Under the pieces are notes generated by a model, which was not told the DNA's origin, did not search any database, and saw only the letters and a program-made list of their open reading frames with translations. 64,000 nt of DNA from a virus (lineage: Duplodnaviria; Heunggongvirae; Uroviricota; Caudoviricetes), in IMG/VR virus record IMGVR_UViG_3300033144_006348. The stretch is one strand, 5' to 3'. The translations under genes and the position numbers were made by a program. This document shows positions 54,481 through 62,771 of the stretch, piece by piece (position 1 is the stretch's first letter; each line of letters begins with the position of its first letter).

Positions 54481-54912
54481 ATGGAAACATTTACATCAGG
54501 TGCATCAGTATTTGAAGAAATGCTTGGAGACATTGATTATCCAGAAGATAGTTTTGCGGGAAAATTATATAAATTTAAATGTAGGGTAGGTTGTGTTAAA
54601 AGACGACCTCCTCGTCATGACTATTTTGAATATATTCTTGAGATGGGAGTTGGAGATATTGATAAAGTATTTAAAGGTGAGTCTTTTGATGGGAAAACAC
54701 ATTTAACATTTGTATTTCCTGAGAGATATATGGCAGTTACTGAGCAACAGGCATTTACAAGTATTTTAAACAACCATCCAGAGGCAGATTCTTTAGAACA
54801 AGTCGATATTATAACATCTTGCCCTATGCTAATTGGTTCTTTTCACAACGTACAAATTAGAATTCTAACATGGGAAGACGATCATCTATATGATTGTGGT
54901 AATACTGGTTAA
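54481..54912 (+). CDS. Hypothetical protein (143 aa)
   Basis: RBS GGAAAGGAGTGAATAATG. Confidence 0.4.
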   Translation: METFTSGASVFEEMLGDIDYPEDSFAGKLYKFKCRVGCVKRRPPRHDYFEYILEMGVGDIDKVFKGESFDGKTHLTFVFPERYMAVTEQQAFTSILNNHPEADSLEQVDIITSCPMLIGSFHNVQIRILTWEDDHLYDCGNTG

Positions 54913-54931
54913 AATTTGAAGTGAATTTATA

Positions 54932-55171
54932 ATGCGATACTTAATATTGAATATTAATGAAAATTTTACTCTGCTATGTCATAAAGACCCGTGTAAAAAA
55001 TGTATCGTCCAACCAGCATGTAGTATGTTATGTAAAGAAAAAATTCAACTGGATATTATGTTATATCCATACAATTCTTGGTTTGTAAGATTTCTGGCAG
55101 GAGTGGTTTTATTTGTTCCCTTAAGTATGGTAGTTTATACCTTTGTAATGATATATAAAGGGCTAACATGA
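54932..55171 (+). CDS. Tail-anchored Cys-rich zinc-ribbon mini-protein (DPCKKCIVQPACSMLC + TM)
   Basis: Family motif with a hydrophobic C-terminus. Confidence 0.45.
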   Translation: MRYLILNINENFTLLCHKDPCKKCIVQPACSMLCKEKIQLDIMLYPYNSWFVRFLAGVVLFVPLSMVVYTFVMIYKGLT

Positions 55172-55190
55172 AAATATTAAGAGGTTTAAT

Positions 55191-55430
55191 ATGGGAATAA
55201 TAAAGTGGTGGATTGACGAAATCCAAAAAGCAATAATTATTTTATTTTATAAAAACCCATGTAAAAAATGTATTGTCAGAGCAGGCTGCTCAGTTGGATG
55301 TGACCAAAAAATATATTTGACCGATCCTATTACCTTGTTAAAAATAGAAGCTACCCTGAAGTTGATAGTATTTTTCGAGATACTCTCATTACTCTATGTT
55401 TTTATATATAGAGGGATCCTTGGAGCGTAA
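55191..55430 (+). CDS. Tail-anchored Cys-rich zinc-ribbon mini-protein (NPCKKCIVRAGCSVGC + TM)
   Basis: Family motif with a hydrophobic C-terminus. Confidence 0.45.
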   Translation: MGIIKWWIDEIQKAIIILFYKNPCKKCIVRAGCSVGCDQKIYLTDPITLLKIEATLKLIVFFEILSLLYVFIYRGILGA

Positions 55431-55432
55431 AT

Positions 55433-55714
55433 GTGAAACTCATATCTTCAATGAAAGGATATAGCATCACTTCCAGCCTTCTTTGTTCTATACTTGCTGC
55501 GATGTTTATTATTCCTTTCATAAAAGAACCATGTAAAAAATGTATCGTGAGAGCTTGTTGTAGAGAATACTGTGATGAAAAAACAGAGTTTAACTCCCTT
55601 ATTAGCAATTCAAGTTTGATTGAAATCAGAATATGCGCAATAATTCTATGGTTAGGATTTATTTCCATAATTATAGCTACTTTTGCAATCACAGGAATAA
55701 TAGAGTTAACATAG
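55433..55714 (+). CDS. Cys-rich zinc-ribbon mini-protein with N- and C-terminal hydrophobic segments (EPCKKCIVRACCREYC)
   Basis: Family motif. Its stop codon overlaps the 5' end of tRNA-Gln. Confidence 0.45.
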   Translation: MKLISSMKGYSITSSLLCSILAAMFIIPFIKEPCKKCIVRACCREYCDEKTEFNSLISNSSLIEIRICAIILWLGFISIIIATFAITGIIELT

Positions 55715-55790
55715 GGGTGTTGCCTAGTCTGGCTAAGGCACGAGACCTTGGATCTCGCATTCGTTGGTTCGAATCCAACCACCCCTTCCA
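55713..55790 (+). tRNA. tRNA-Gln (anticodon TTG)
   Basis: Acceptor AGGGGTG/CACCCCT, anticodon stem CGAGA/TCTCG, loop CCTTGGA, encoded CCA. Confidence 0.75.
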
Positions 55791-55806
55791 TATGAAAGGA
55801 GAACAT

Positions 55807-56043
55807 GTGAAAAATTTTATACAAGACTTATTCTATGACTATGTAACTGTAATCTTTATCAAAAATCCATGTTATACATGTCTAGTCGCCCCTTCATGTA
55901 CAACTTGTTGTAATATATGTGAAACCACCAGAAATTATATTTGTAAAAAAGATATAGAATCTAAACAAGCCAATGCTCTTTTTGCATGGTCTTTTGTAAT
56001 ACTATTTATTATCGTTGTGTCAATTAGTTTATATATCAGTTGA
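55807..56043 (+). CDS. Tail-anchored Cys-rich zinc-ribbon mini-protein (NPCYTCLVAPSCTTCC + TM), GTG start
   Basis: RBS GAAAGGAGAAC 17 nt after the tRNA CCA. Family motif. Confidence 0.4.
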   Translation: MKNFIQDLFYDYVTVIFIKNPCYTCLVAPSCTTCCNICETTRNYICKKDIESKQANALFAWSFVILFIIVVSISLYIS

Positions 56044-56053
56044 GAAGAATAAT

Positions 56054-56138
56054 GGGGGAGTGGCGTAACTGGTAGGCGCGCGGGATTTAAGATCCCGTGT
56101 CTTAGGGCGTGAGGGTTCGACTCCCTCCTTCCCCACCA
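56054..56138 (+). tRNA. tRNA-Leu (anticodon TAA), type II
   Basis: Acceptor GGGGGAG/CTTCCCC, anticodon stem CGGGA/TCCCG, loop TTTAAGA, long variable arm, encoded CCA. Confidence 0.8.
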
Positions 56139-56153
56139 TTTGAAAGGATAAAA

Positions 56154-56507
56154 ATGTCAAGAAATCAAATTTATATAGTTTCAATTCCTAAAGAATGGGA
56201 ACCAAAAAGAAATGAGATCAAAGAAATCTATGAAAAAGAAGGTATAGGAGAAAGGGGTTATTCTTTTAATGATGCTCACAAAGATGTTCTTGAAAATATT
56301 GAAGACTTAAAATCTGAAATTCCTTTTACAGACTTTAGGGATAATTTTGAACTAGAACAAACTCGAATGATTGAGGTATTATGTGAGCGTCATAAGTTTA
56401 TACTTCATTATGATGAAGTATCATCAAATAGTTATGCTGTTATATTTGGAATAAGTCCGAAAACTTTACCAACAATAAAAGATGCTAAGAAAGGGCGAGT
56501 GAAGTAA
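56154..56507 (+). CDS. Hypothetical protein (117 aa)
   Basis: ATG 16 nt after the tRNA CCA. RBS TTTGAAAGGA. Confidence 0.4.
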   Translation: MSRNQIYIVSIPKEWEPKRNEIKEIYEKEGIGERGYSFNDAHKDVLENIEDLKSEIPFTDFRDNFELEQTRMIEVLCERHKFILHYDEVSSNSYAVIFGISPKTLPTIKDAKKGRVK

Positions 56508-56508
56508 T

Positions 56509-56697
56509 TTGGATATATACTGGTTAAGAAACCCGTGTAAAAAATGTTTGGTAAGGGCATGTTGTAGTTTGACATGTTTGAAAAAATATGAATCGGTAGA
56601 TTTTAACATAATTGCCTTATGTTTTCTCATTCTTTTTATATCATCATTTCTAGGGATTATGGAAATAATAAGAATCTTAAATGGGCGAGTGGCGTAA
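56509..56697 (+). CDS. Tail-anchored Cys-rich zinc-ribbon mini-protein (NPCKKCLVRACCSLTC + TM)
   Basis: Family motif. Its 3' end overlaps the start of tRNA-Leu(CAA) by 15 nt. Confidence 0.45.
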   Translation: MDIYWLRNPCKKCLVRACCSLTCLKKYESVDFNIIALCFLILFISSFLGIMEIIRILNGRVA

Positions 56698-56769
56698 CTG
56701 GTAGGCGCGCAGGGTTCAAATTCCTGTGAGATAATTCTCGTAAGGGTTCAACTCCCTTCTTGCCCACCA
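56683..56769 (+). tRNA. tRNA-Leu (anticodon CAA), type II
   Basis: Acceptor GGGCGAG/CTTGCCC, anticodon stem CAGGG/TCCTG, loop TTCAAAT, variable arm with GAGA/TCTC stem, encoded CCA. Confidence 0.75.
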
Positions 56770-56788
56770 AATAAATTAAGGAGTCAAC

Positions 56789-57421
56789 ATGAAAAGATTA
56801 TTAATCTTAGTTATTTTAATATTATTTATAGCATCATGCGCAACTATGGGAGAAAAAGAGACTACAGGAATGGTAACTGGTGCAGTCATCGGAGGAGTAT
56901 TAGGAGCAGTTGTAGGTCATAATACCGGTGGTAACACTGCAGCAGGAGCAGCTATAGGGGCTGCAATTGGCGGAACAGTTGGAAATAGAGCTGGCGCCTA
57001 TATGGATAAACAAGAGGCAGCGCTGAACAATGCTCTAGCTTCAGCACAGGCTGCAAATCAGGTTTCTATTCAAAGAAGTAACGACGTACTGATGGCTACA
57101 TTTAAAGGAGATGTGTTTTTTGCTAATAACTCCGCCATCGTTAAACCTGGTGGTTATGCAGAATTGGATAGGGTGGCTACAGTCCTAAATTCATATCCAA
57201 ATACAAGTATTAGAATAGAAGGACATACAAGCCTAGCTGGATCTGAGGGATATAACCAACTCTTATCAGAAAGTCGAGCTGTTAATGTAAGGAACATCCT
57301 CATTCAAAAAGGGGTTGCTTCTTCAAGAATGGTTGCGATTGGGTTTGGTAAGTCTATGCCTATATCTTCAAGTCCATCAATTAACCGGAGAGTTACGATT
57401 GTAATTACTCAAAACGCTTAA
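56789..57421 (+). CDS. OmpA-family lipoprotein (lipobox, glycine-zipper segment, C-terminal OmpA/peptidoglycan-binding domain)
   Basis: LFIASC lipobox. GAVIGGVLGAVVG glycine zipper. OmpA-like signature ..IEGHTS..GSEGYNQLLSESRA..V...L...G.....GFGKS.P......NRRV. Confidence 0.55.
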   Translation: MKRLLILVILILFIASCATMGEKETTGMVTGAVIGGVLGAVVGHNTGGNTAAGAAIGAAIGGTVGNRAGAYMDKQEAALNNALASAQAANQVSIQRSNDVLMATFKGDVFFANNSAIVKPGGYAELDRVATVLNSYPNTSIRIEGHTSLAGSEGYNQLLSESRAVNVRNILIQKGVASSRMVAIGFGKSMPISSSPSINRRVTIVITQNA

Positions 57422-57444
57422 ACAGAAAGAAAGGGGAATTTGTA

Positions 57445-57963
57445 ATGAGAAAATTGAATATGAGTATTTTGGCCTTGATTCTTGGTGGGACCATTGTTTT
57501 ATTTGGATTAAGCAGTTGCTGTTTTTTGGATATTTGTACCATTCCAAAGAGGGGCAGTAACAGTATAGCGAATGTCGTCCCAATGGAATATACCGTTCCA
57601 CAACTGGCAAGTGTAGAAGCGCCTCCACTACTCATGAAGGTCAATATTGCCGAACGTGTCTTGTTTGACTTTGATTCTTCCGATATTGATGCAAGGGGAA
57701 TCATTACCATCAGAAAAGTTGCGTTCTTCATCGACCAGTATCCGGATACGACCATCGTTCTCAAGGGACACACAGATCCGGTCGGGACAGATTTTTACAA
57801 CCAGGGTCTCTCTGAGCGAAGAGCTGAATCGGTTAAAAATGCTCTTATGGAAAATGGTGTCGATCCCGCTGCAATTGTCAGCGTGACTGGTTTTGGAGAA
57901 AGTAAAATTATCTCCGAGATCAACAGGCAAAATCGCCGGGTTATGATTCTGAACATTGAATAA
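57445..57963 (+). CDS. OmpA-family lipoprotein, second copy
   Basis: LFGLSSC lipobox. LKGHTDPVGTDFYNQGLSERRAESV..L...GV......GFGE.........NRRV. Confidence 0.5.
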   Translation: MRKLNMSILALILGGTIVLFGLSSCCFLDICTIPKRGSNSIANVVPMEYTVPQLASVEAPPLLMKVNIAERVLFDFDSSDIDARGIITIRKVAFFIDQYPDTTIVLKGHTDPVGTDFYNQGLSERRAESVKNALMENGVDPAAIVSVTGFGESKIISEINRQNRRVMILNIE

Positions 57964-58220
57964 CCTTTTTCTAAGAAGCGATCCATGTGAGAACATAATT
58001 CACATGGATCACTTCTTGTAAGTTAAAAGGAGTTATAATTGGTAAACAAAAAAGAATTATTAGAGAAAGGAGTGAAAGTTTTCAAGGACTCTGAGCAAAA
58101 AACTGATGATTATATGCAACTATTTTTAGTTGTAAGAAAAGTTCTACAACCAGCAGATGGATTGCTCTGGTCTACTATAAAAGAAGTTCTTGATGAGGTT
58201 CTTAATGAAGTATAAAATGG

Positions 58221-58299
58221 CGCGGGGTGGAGGAGTTTGGTCGTCCTCGCTGGGCTCATATCCCAGAGATCACGGGTTCAAATCCCGTTCCCGCTACCA
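58221..58299 (+). tRNA. tRNA-Met (anticodon CAT) with initiator-like features
   Basis: Anticodon stem CTGGG/CCCAG gives three consecutive G:C pairs next to loop CTCATAT. Position 1:72 is an unpaired C.U. A discriminator, encoded CCA. Position anchored on the GTG of track ORF 58227. Confidence 0.7.
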
Positions 58300-58421
58300 A
58301 TTTTTGCGTGAAGGATGCCGAATGTGCTAAGGTAGCGAGAAATAGTGGCATGGGTCGTAAGGCGACAGGCCGAGTCTTTGGCATACTGAAATCTCTCTTG
58401 ATCCGACACGCATTGAAAGGA

Positions 58422-58637
58422 ATGAATATGGGCGAAAAATATTTAATAAAAATGATGTTATTCAGTTTGTCACTTCACTCTAAAATATTCATACCAGTGT
58501 CTGAAAAATTGTTGGAAAAATATGGGAAAGGGCACTTTTTTGTAAAAGCATGGAGTGAAGTAGCTCTATTATTTTGTGGCTTAAGTAAAACTTTTGCATT
58601 AATATACTTGTTTTTATATATGGCAAAGGAGAAGTGA
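58422..58637 (+). CDS. Small membrane protein (71 aa)
   Basis: Internal ATG 58422 after GAAAGGAATGAAT. The upstream part of track ORF 58227 overlaps the tRNA and is rejected. Confidence 0.35.
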   Translation: MNMGEKYLIKMMLFSLSLHSKIFIPVSEKLLEKYGKGHFFVKAWSEVALLFCGLSKTFALIYLFLYMAKEK

Positions 58638-58639
58638 AT

Positions 58640-58813
58640 ATGGCGAATCTTGATAAAGTAATAATTTTCTTTCAATGCAAACATTGCCAAGATAAAATGG
58701 AGATGACCGCAGCTAAGTTAATGGAAGCTAGTACTAAAAGTCCTCCCATATGCTATTGTAACGAAGAAAATGATGAATTGAATGTTATAGGCGCCTATTT
58801 TAAAAGAAAATGA
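58640..58813 (+). CDS. Small CxxC..CxC zinc-ribbon protein (57 aa, below the track cutoff)
   Basis: Hand-translated MANLDKVIIFFQCKHCQDK..PPICYCNEEND. ATGA overlap with the next gene. Confidence 0.3.
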   Translation: MANLDKVIIFFQCKHCQDKMEMTAAKLMEASTKSPPICYCNEENDELNVIGAYFKRK

Positions 58814-59049
58814 AATGTCCATGCGAAAATTGCATTACATTATCTATGTGTAAAAATTTATATCCTCATAGCAAGACTGGAAATGTAATGCACGCAATAA
58901 CAAAATGCTCTCTTTTATATGATTACATAAATGTTAAAAAAATAAACACTCCAACTAATGAAATATGGTCTGATTTGGAACATGAAATACTAACCGAACG
59001 AATGGATATATTACACGAATTTTTACCGTGGAAAGAGGAGAAAAAGTGA
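58810..59049 (+). CDS. Cys-rich mini-protein of the P-C-x2-C-I family (MKCPCENCITLSMCKNL)
   Basis: Family motif at the N-terminus. Confidence 0.4.
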   Translation: MKCPCENCITLSMCKNLYPHSKTGNVMHAITKCSLLYDYINVKKINTPTNEIWSDLEHEILTERMDILHEFLPWKEEKK

Positions 59050-59426
59050 TTGAAAAGAACGTAATGAAGGTTGATGAATATAAAGATTCTATTACATTTC
59101 GTATAGCATGTGACTGTGGAGATCCTGAGCATGATACAACAATAGATTTTGAAAAAGATAAAGATCTCCCAACAATGTATTTTATGACCATTTCTAAAAA
59201 TATGGCATGGTCATGTTACTGGAAAAATAATAATTGGTTTGATGCACAATGGAGAAAACTAAAAGCTATTTTTAAGCTTTTCTTTACAGGTTATATTGAA
59301 TTGGGTGATGACTTTATTATCAAAGGTGAAGAACATATTGATTCGTTCATAAAAGCCCTTGAAGAAGGAAAAAGGCATATGAAAGGAGAAACCAGTGAAA
59401 ACTCAAGTGAAATTCAAAAAGAATAA
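59046..59426 (+). CDS. Hypothetical protein (126 aa), GTG start
   Basis: GTG 59046 after AAGAGGAG. The track start 59028 is an upstream GTG inside the previous gene. Confidence 0.35.
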   Translation: MIEKNVMKVDEYKDSITFRIACDCGDPEHDTTIDFEKDKDLPTMYFMTISKNMAWSCYWKNNNWFDAQWRKLKAIFKLFFTGYIELGDDFIIKGEEHIDSFIKALEEGKRHMKGETSENSSEIQKE

Positions 59427-59622
59427 TGATGTTGAAGTTCATACTCCAGAAAATGATACAACATTACATATGAAAAAAGATGTGTTTGATCATTTGCAAA
59501 AAATAATCAATGGGGATTATGAAACCGTTGATTATGAGGAAGATTTTAAAAGTTTTAACAATTTCAATGTTTTAATTACAGTCGAAGGGAAGTATGAATT
59601 CAATAGGATAGAACTATGTTAA
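59395..59622 (+). CDS. Small hypothetical protein (75 aa)
   Basis: RBS GAAAGGAGAAACCAGTG. Ends 9 nt before tRNA-Ser. Confidence 0.35.
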   Translation: MKTQVKFKKNNDVEVHTPENDTTLHMKKDVFDHLQKIINGDYETVDYEEDFKSFNNFNVLITVEGKYEFNRIELC

Positions 59623-59631
59623 AAAATAATT

Positions 59632-59719
59632 GGCGAGGTGCCCGAGTATGGTAAGGGAACTGTTTGCTAAGCAGCCGGGTGTAAAAGCTCCGCAGGTTCA
59701 AATCCTGTCCTCGCCTCCA
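59632..59719 (+). tRNA. tRNA-Ser (anticodon GCT), type II
   Basis: Acceptor GGCGAGG/CCTCGCC (perfect), 3-bp D-stem CCC/GGG, anticodon loop TTGCTAA, 16-nt variable arm, encoded CCA. Confidence 0.75.
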
Positions 59720-59736
59720 TTTTGAAAGGAATGAAA

Positions 59737-60018
59737 ATGGAAATTTTAGACGAAAAATTTATTATCAATAATGAAGTAACCCAAGAATTAATAAGAGGAA
59801 ACTTTGAAGAATTTCCAGAAGTCAAAAATGGAGTATGGTCTTGTGTTCAAAGAGACTATAGATTTATGTTTTTCAAGTACAAAACATTGAAAAGCATAAT
59901 TAATCATACAGATGCTATTTCAAATAAAGAATTAGAAGCAACAATAGCAATCTGGATTGACGGAAAATGTTTTATAGAATCCTCTCCTTGTCTACATTTT
60001 GAAAGGAGTGAATCGTGA
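59737..60018 (+). CDS. Hypothetical protein (93 aa)
   Basis: ATG 59737 six nt after GAAAGGA. The track start 59722 is a TTG inside the RBS. Confidence 0.4.
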   Translation: MEILDEKFIINNEVTQELIRGNFEEFPEVKNGVWSCVQRDYRFMFFKYKTLKSIINHTDAISNKELEATIAIWIDGKCFIESSPCLHFERSES

Positions 60019-60341
60019 ATGAATTATACAAGTTTCTACATAATTTTACCAAAATAGAGTTAAAAGAAATAGGCGGTGGTAATTTTGATATTGGTCAAGA
60101 ATCTGATGTATATATTGATGAGATGTTCTTGGGGTTGTCTTTAAAAGATGATCTTCTTTATATTTATTTTCATAATTGCCCAGGAAGAGATTATGTTGTC
60201 TATAAATGGCCGTGGGGAAAAGAAGAATTTGATTACTTTATAGATATTATAAACGAGGTAGAAGAAAGATCAACCATCTTAGGAATATCTTTAAAGCTTC
60301 TAACTAAATATGTAGGATTGAAAAATGTCAAACCCATGTGA
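60015..60341 (+). CDS. Hypothetical protein (108 aa)
   Basis: RBS GAAAGGAGTGAATCGTG. GTG/ATG start. Confidence 0.4.
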   Translation: MNELYKFLHNFTKIELKEIGGGNFDIGQESDVYIDEMFLGLSLKDDLLYIYFHNCPGRDYVVYKWPWGKEEFDYFIDIINEVEERSTILGISLKLLTKYVGLKNVKPM

Positions 60342-60627
60342 TGATTGTGTAGTCAAACCATCATGTACATCTGTTTGTCCTGATAAAGAAAACTATGGGG
60401 TTTTTTTAGAAATGGGTGCAAGACAGTTAAAATCATCTTTAAGACATTATACATCAAAAGGAACACAAGTTCCCAAAAGCATTCAGGATCAGAGTCTATT
60501 TCATGGTAGAAAATTAATAATTCATAACCTTGAAGTATATCGTATACAGAACAATAACAAAGGTAAGAGACTTTATAAAGATGAACATGTACCATTTCCA
60601 ATTACGAAACGAGGTAGGTTCCTATAA
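60325..60627 (+). CDS. Cys-rich protein of the P-C-x2-C-V-V family (SNPCDDCVVKPSCTSVCPDK)
   Basis: Family motif at the N-terminus. Confidence 0.4.
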   Translation: MSNPCDDCVVKPSCTSVCPDKENYGVFLEMGARQLKSSLRHYTSKGTQVPKSIQDQSLFHGRKLIIHNLEVYRIQNNNKGKRLYKDEHVPFPITKRGRFL

Positions 60628-60646
60628 AAATAGAGAAGGGAGAATA

Positions 60647-61000
60647 ATGAAAAAAATAATACTGTTTACAATTATGTTACTATGGATGTCATCTACAATT
60701 TGTTTAGCGATGGATCTGAATGAAACTGTAGGGACAATAAACTCTAAAATCAAAGTGCTATATGACTATAATCATAATGCATTTATTCTTGGACACCCTC
60801 ATCATGGAGTAATAAATGTATCAGTACCAACTAAAATGCTTCTGAAGATTAGCTTCAAATGTAGAGTAGAAGCTTTAAAATCTATTTTCGATAAAGTTGG
60901 ACCCTACATTCAAGAAGTTCGTATGATTAATGAACGAAATACTATCATTATGTATATCAAAAAGGTAGGCCGCGAAATAGAGTTACTATATCTCTTTTAA
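60647..61000 (+). CDS. Secreted protein with signal peptide (117 aa)
   Basis: Internal ATG 60647 after GAAGGGAGAATAATG. N-terminus MKKIILFTIMLLWMSSTICLA. Confidence 0.4.
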   Translation: MKKIILFTIMLLWMSSTICLAMDLNETVGTINSKIKVLYDYNHNAFILGHPHHGVINVSVPTKMLLKISFKCRVEALKSIFDKVGPYIQEVRMINERNTIIMYIKKVGREIELLYLF

Positions 61001-61016
61001 TAGAAAGGAGTGAATT

Positions 61017-61406
61017 GTGAGCGAATCATATATACATCTATTTGTAGTTCCTAAAAACTATAAAATAGAAGAAGATCGTTTTAAACAAGTATTTGAAAAT
61101 CAATACTTTAAACAAACATGCTCTCATGAGATATTTGAAGAAGTATGTAAAGTTATTGAGAATCTCGCAGGTGGTGGGAGATATATCCATTGTCAAGATG
61201 TTTTTGATGATATTGATGCAAGTGGAGATGTATGGGAGTCAATGATAGATATATTGAAAGAGGATCTAGTTCTTGTACATGAGTTTGTAGATGGAGCTAA
61301 TGGAGCGAATGACTCAATTGAATCTCTATCAAAAGAAAAATTTCAAGAAATTGTTTTGGCAATGACAGAAGTTAATAACATAATGGACCTACTGGATAAA
61401 GTTTAA
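61017..61406 (+). CDS. Hypothetical acidic protein (129 aa), GTG start
   Basis: RBS GAAAGGAGTGAATTGTG. Confidence 0.4.
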   Translation: MSESYIHLFVVPKNYKIEEDRFKQVFENQYFKQTCSHEIFEEVCKVIENLAGGGRYIHCQDVFDDIDASGDVWESMIDILKEDLVLVHEFVDGANGANDSIESLSKEKFQEIVLAMTEVNNIMDLLDKV

Positions 61407-61605
61407 AAGAAAAACTATTGGAAGGGTAGGAGGGTTCTATGAAAAGAAATAATGTGAATTTTCGAGGAATAAAATATAAAATCTTTGATTATTTTATGAA
61501 GTATCTTTTAGCGTGCGGAATTGGTGCCAACATATTTTTCATTTTTGTAATTATTTGGAAGATTACTTCGTGAAAGGATCTCAACAATTTAAAAGATAAA
61601 ATAAA

Positions 61606-61695
61606 GGAGGGGTGGCCGAGTCTGGTTTAAGGCGCTAGTTTTGAAAACTAGAGTGTGTAAAAGCTCCGGGGGTTCAAATCCCTCTCCCTCCTCCA
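61606..61695 (+). tRNA. tRNA-Ser (anticodon TGA), type II
   Basis: Acceptor GGAGGGG/TCCCTCC, anticodon stem CTAGT/ACTAG, loop TTTGAAA, long variable arm, encoded CCA. 3' end anchored 16 nt before ATG 61711. Confidence 0.75.
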
Positions 61696-61710
61696 GGTGA
61701 AAGGCGAAAT

Positions 61711-62124
61711 ATGATAAGAATTATAATCGACTGGGATTTTATGAGTCCTGTACTTGGAGTATCAAGTGGAATAGTATCAATAGACGATACTGATTATACT
61801 CGACCATATGGAGGTCAACTAATCAATATCCTAAAATTTAGAATAAAAGTTGAACCTGGTTGTTTGGGTTTTTCAGGAATAGAAGAAGGTACAGGAATCC
61901 CATCAAAACTATTTGATGTTTTTCGAGAACAAGTTTCCCAAATGGCATATTCATTTCATAGAGGGATGTTATTAGAAAATTGTGATTTCTACTGGTACGA
62001 ATCAGAAGAGATTAATCTTGAAGATCTCGAAAAAGAAAATAAAAATTACATGGAGGAAGTATCAGAGCCAGGAAAGAACACTTTTATTTATAGAGAGACA
62101 AAATCAGTAGTGATATCCCTTTAA
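61711..62124 (+). CDS. Hypothetical protein (137 aa)
   Basis: RBS GTGAAAGGCGAAATATG after the tRNA. Stop is 2 nt before tRNA-Val. Confidence 0.4.
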   Translation: MIRIIIDWDFMSPVLGVSSGIVSIDDTDYTRPYGGQLINILKFRIKVEPGCLGFSGIEEGTGIPSKLFDVFREQVSQMAYSFHRGMLLENCDFYWYESEEINLEDLEKENKNYMEEVSEPGKNTFIYRETKSVVISL

Positions 62125-62126
62125 AT

Positions 62127-62202
62127 AGGTCCTTAGCTCAGCTGGGAGAGCGCTGCCCTTACAAGGCAGATGTCGCAGGTTCAATCCCTGTAGGACCTAC
62201 CA
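62127..62202 (+). tRNA. tRNA-Val (anticodon TAC)
   Basis: Acceptor AGGTCCT/AGGACCT (perfect), D-stem GCTC/GAGC, anticodon loop CTTACAA, encoded CCA. Confidence 0.8.
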
Positions 62203-62221
62203 TTTTTCAAAGGAGTGAATA

Positions 62222-62503
62222 TTGAAATACCCATGCAGAACCTGTATAGTAAAAGCGATGTGTATGAGTAAAGGAAAAGAGTTCTTTGGTTTATATGTTA
62301 TTATAGACGAATGTAGTCTTTTACAAGATTTCTTAAAAACTACTGAAATCTATCCTATAATAAGACAAATTACTACATTTCTAAGAAAAAGAGATTTCAA
62401 AATAAAAATAAGAGATATAATTAAAGATTTAAACATTAAACAATCTAATGAACCATTATGTTGCTTATCACATAAAGATGGTTATGATAATTTTGATATC
62501 TGA
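62222..62503 (+). CDS. Cys-rich mini-protein of the P-C-x2-C-I-V family (MKYPCRTCIVKAMCMS), probable TTG start
   Basis: RBS CAAAGGAGTGAATATTG 20 nt after the tRNA CCA. Family motif. Confidence 0.4.
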   Translation: MKYPCRTCIVKAMCMSKGKEFFGLYVIIDECSLLQDFLKTTEIYPIIRQITTFLRKRDFKIKIRDIIKDLNIKQSNEPLCCLSHKDGYDNFDI

Positions 62504-62514
62504 AAGGAACGAAT

Positions 62515-62769
62515 ATGAGTGAATTACCAAAAGAAGTCAAAGAAAAATTAGATGAATGGTTTAGTGGAGATGACAAATATTCTATTCTTCATTTTTGGGA
62601 AAGTCATTATAAAGATACTTACTATATTGTATGCAGACGTTTTGATATAACTGAAGAAATAACCTTTATAAGGGTCTTTAAACTTGGAAATGAATGGGCC
62701 CTTTCTCAAGATGGAAACACTATATTACTACTGACAGATGGAAAGAACATTTCCTTTGGTTATTGCTAA
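62515..62769 (+). CDS. Hypothetical protein (84 aa)
   Basis: RBS GAAAGGAACGAATATG. Confidence 0.4.
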   Translation: MSELPKEVKEKLDEWFSGDDKYSILHFWESHYKDTYYIVCRRFDITEEITFIRVFKLGNEWALSQDGNTILLLTDGKNISFGYC

Positions 62770-62771
62770 TA

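Noticed and set aside
57973-58017. Hairpin AAGAAGCGATCCATGTGA...TCACATGGATCACTTCTT after the second OmpA-like gene as an intrinsic terminator
   Set aside because: Strong stem, but no T tract follows, so it was not listed as a terminator. It may be a processing site or a factor-dependent stop.
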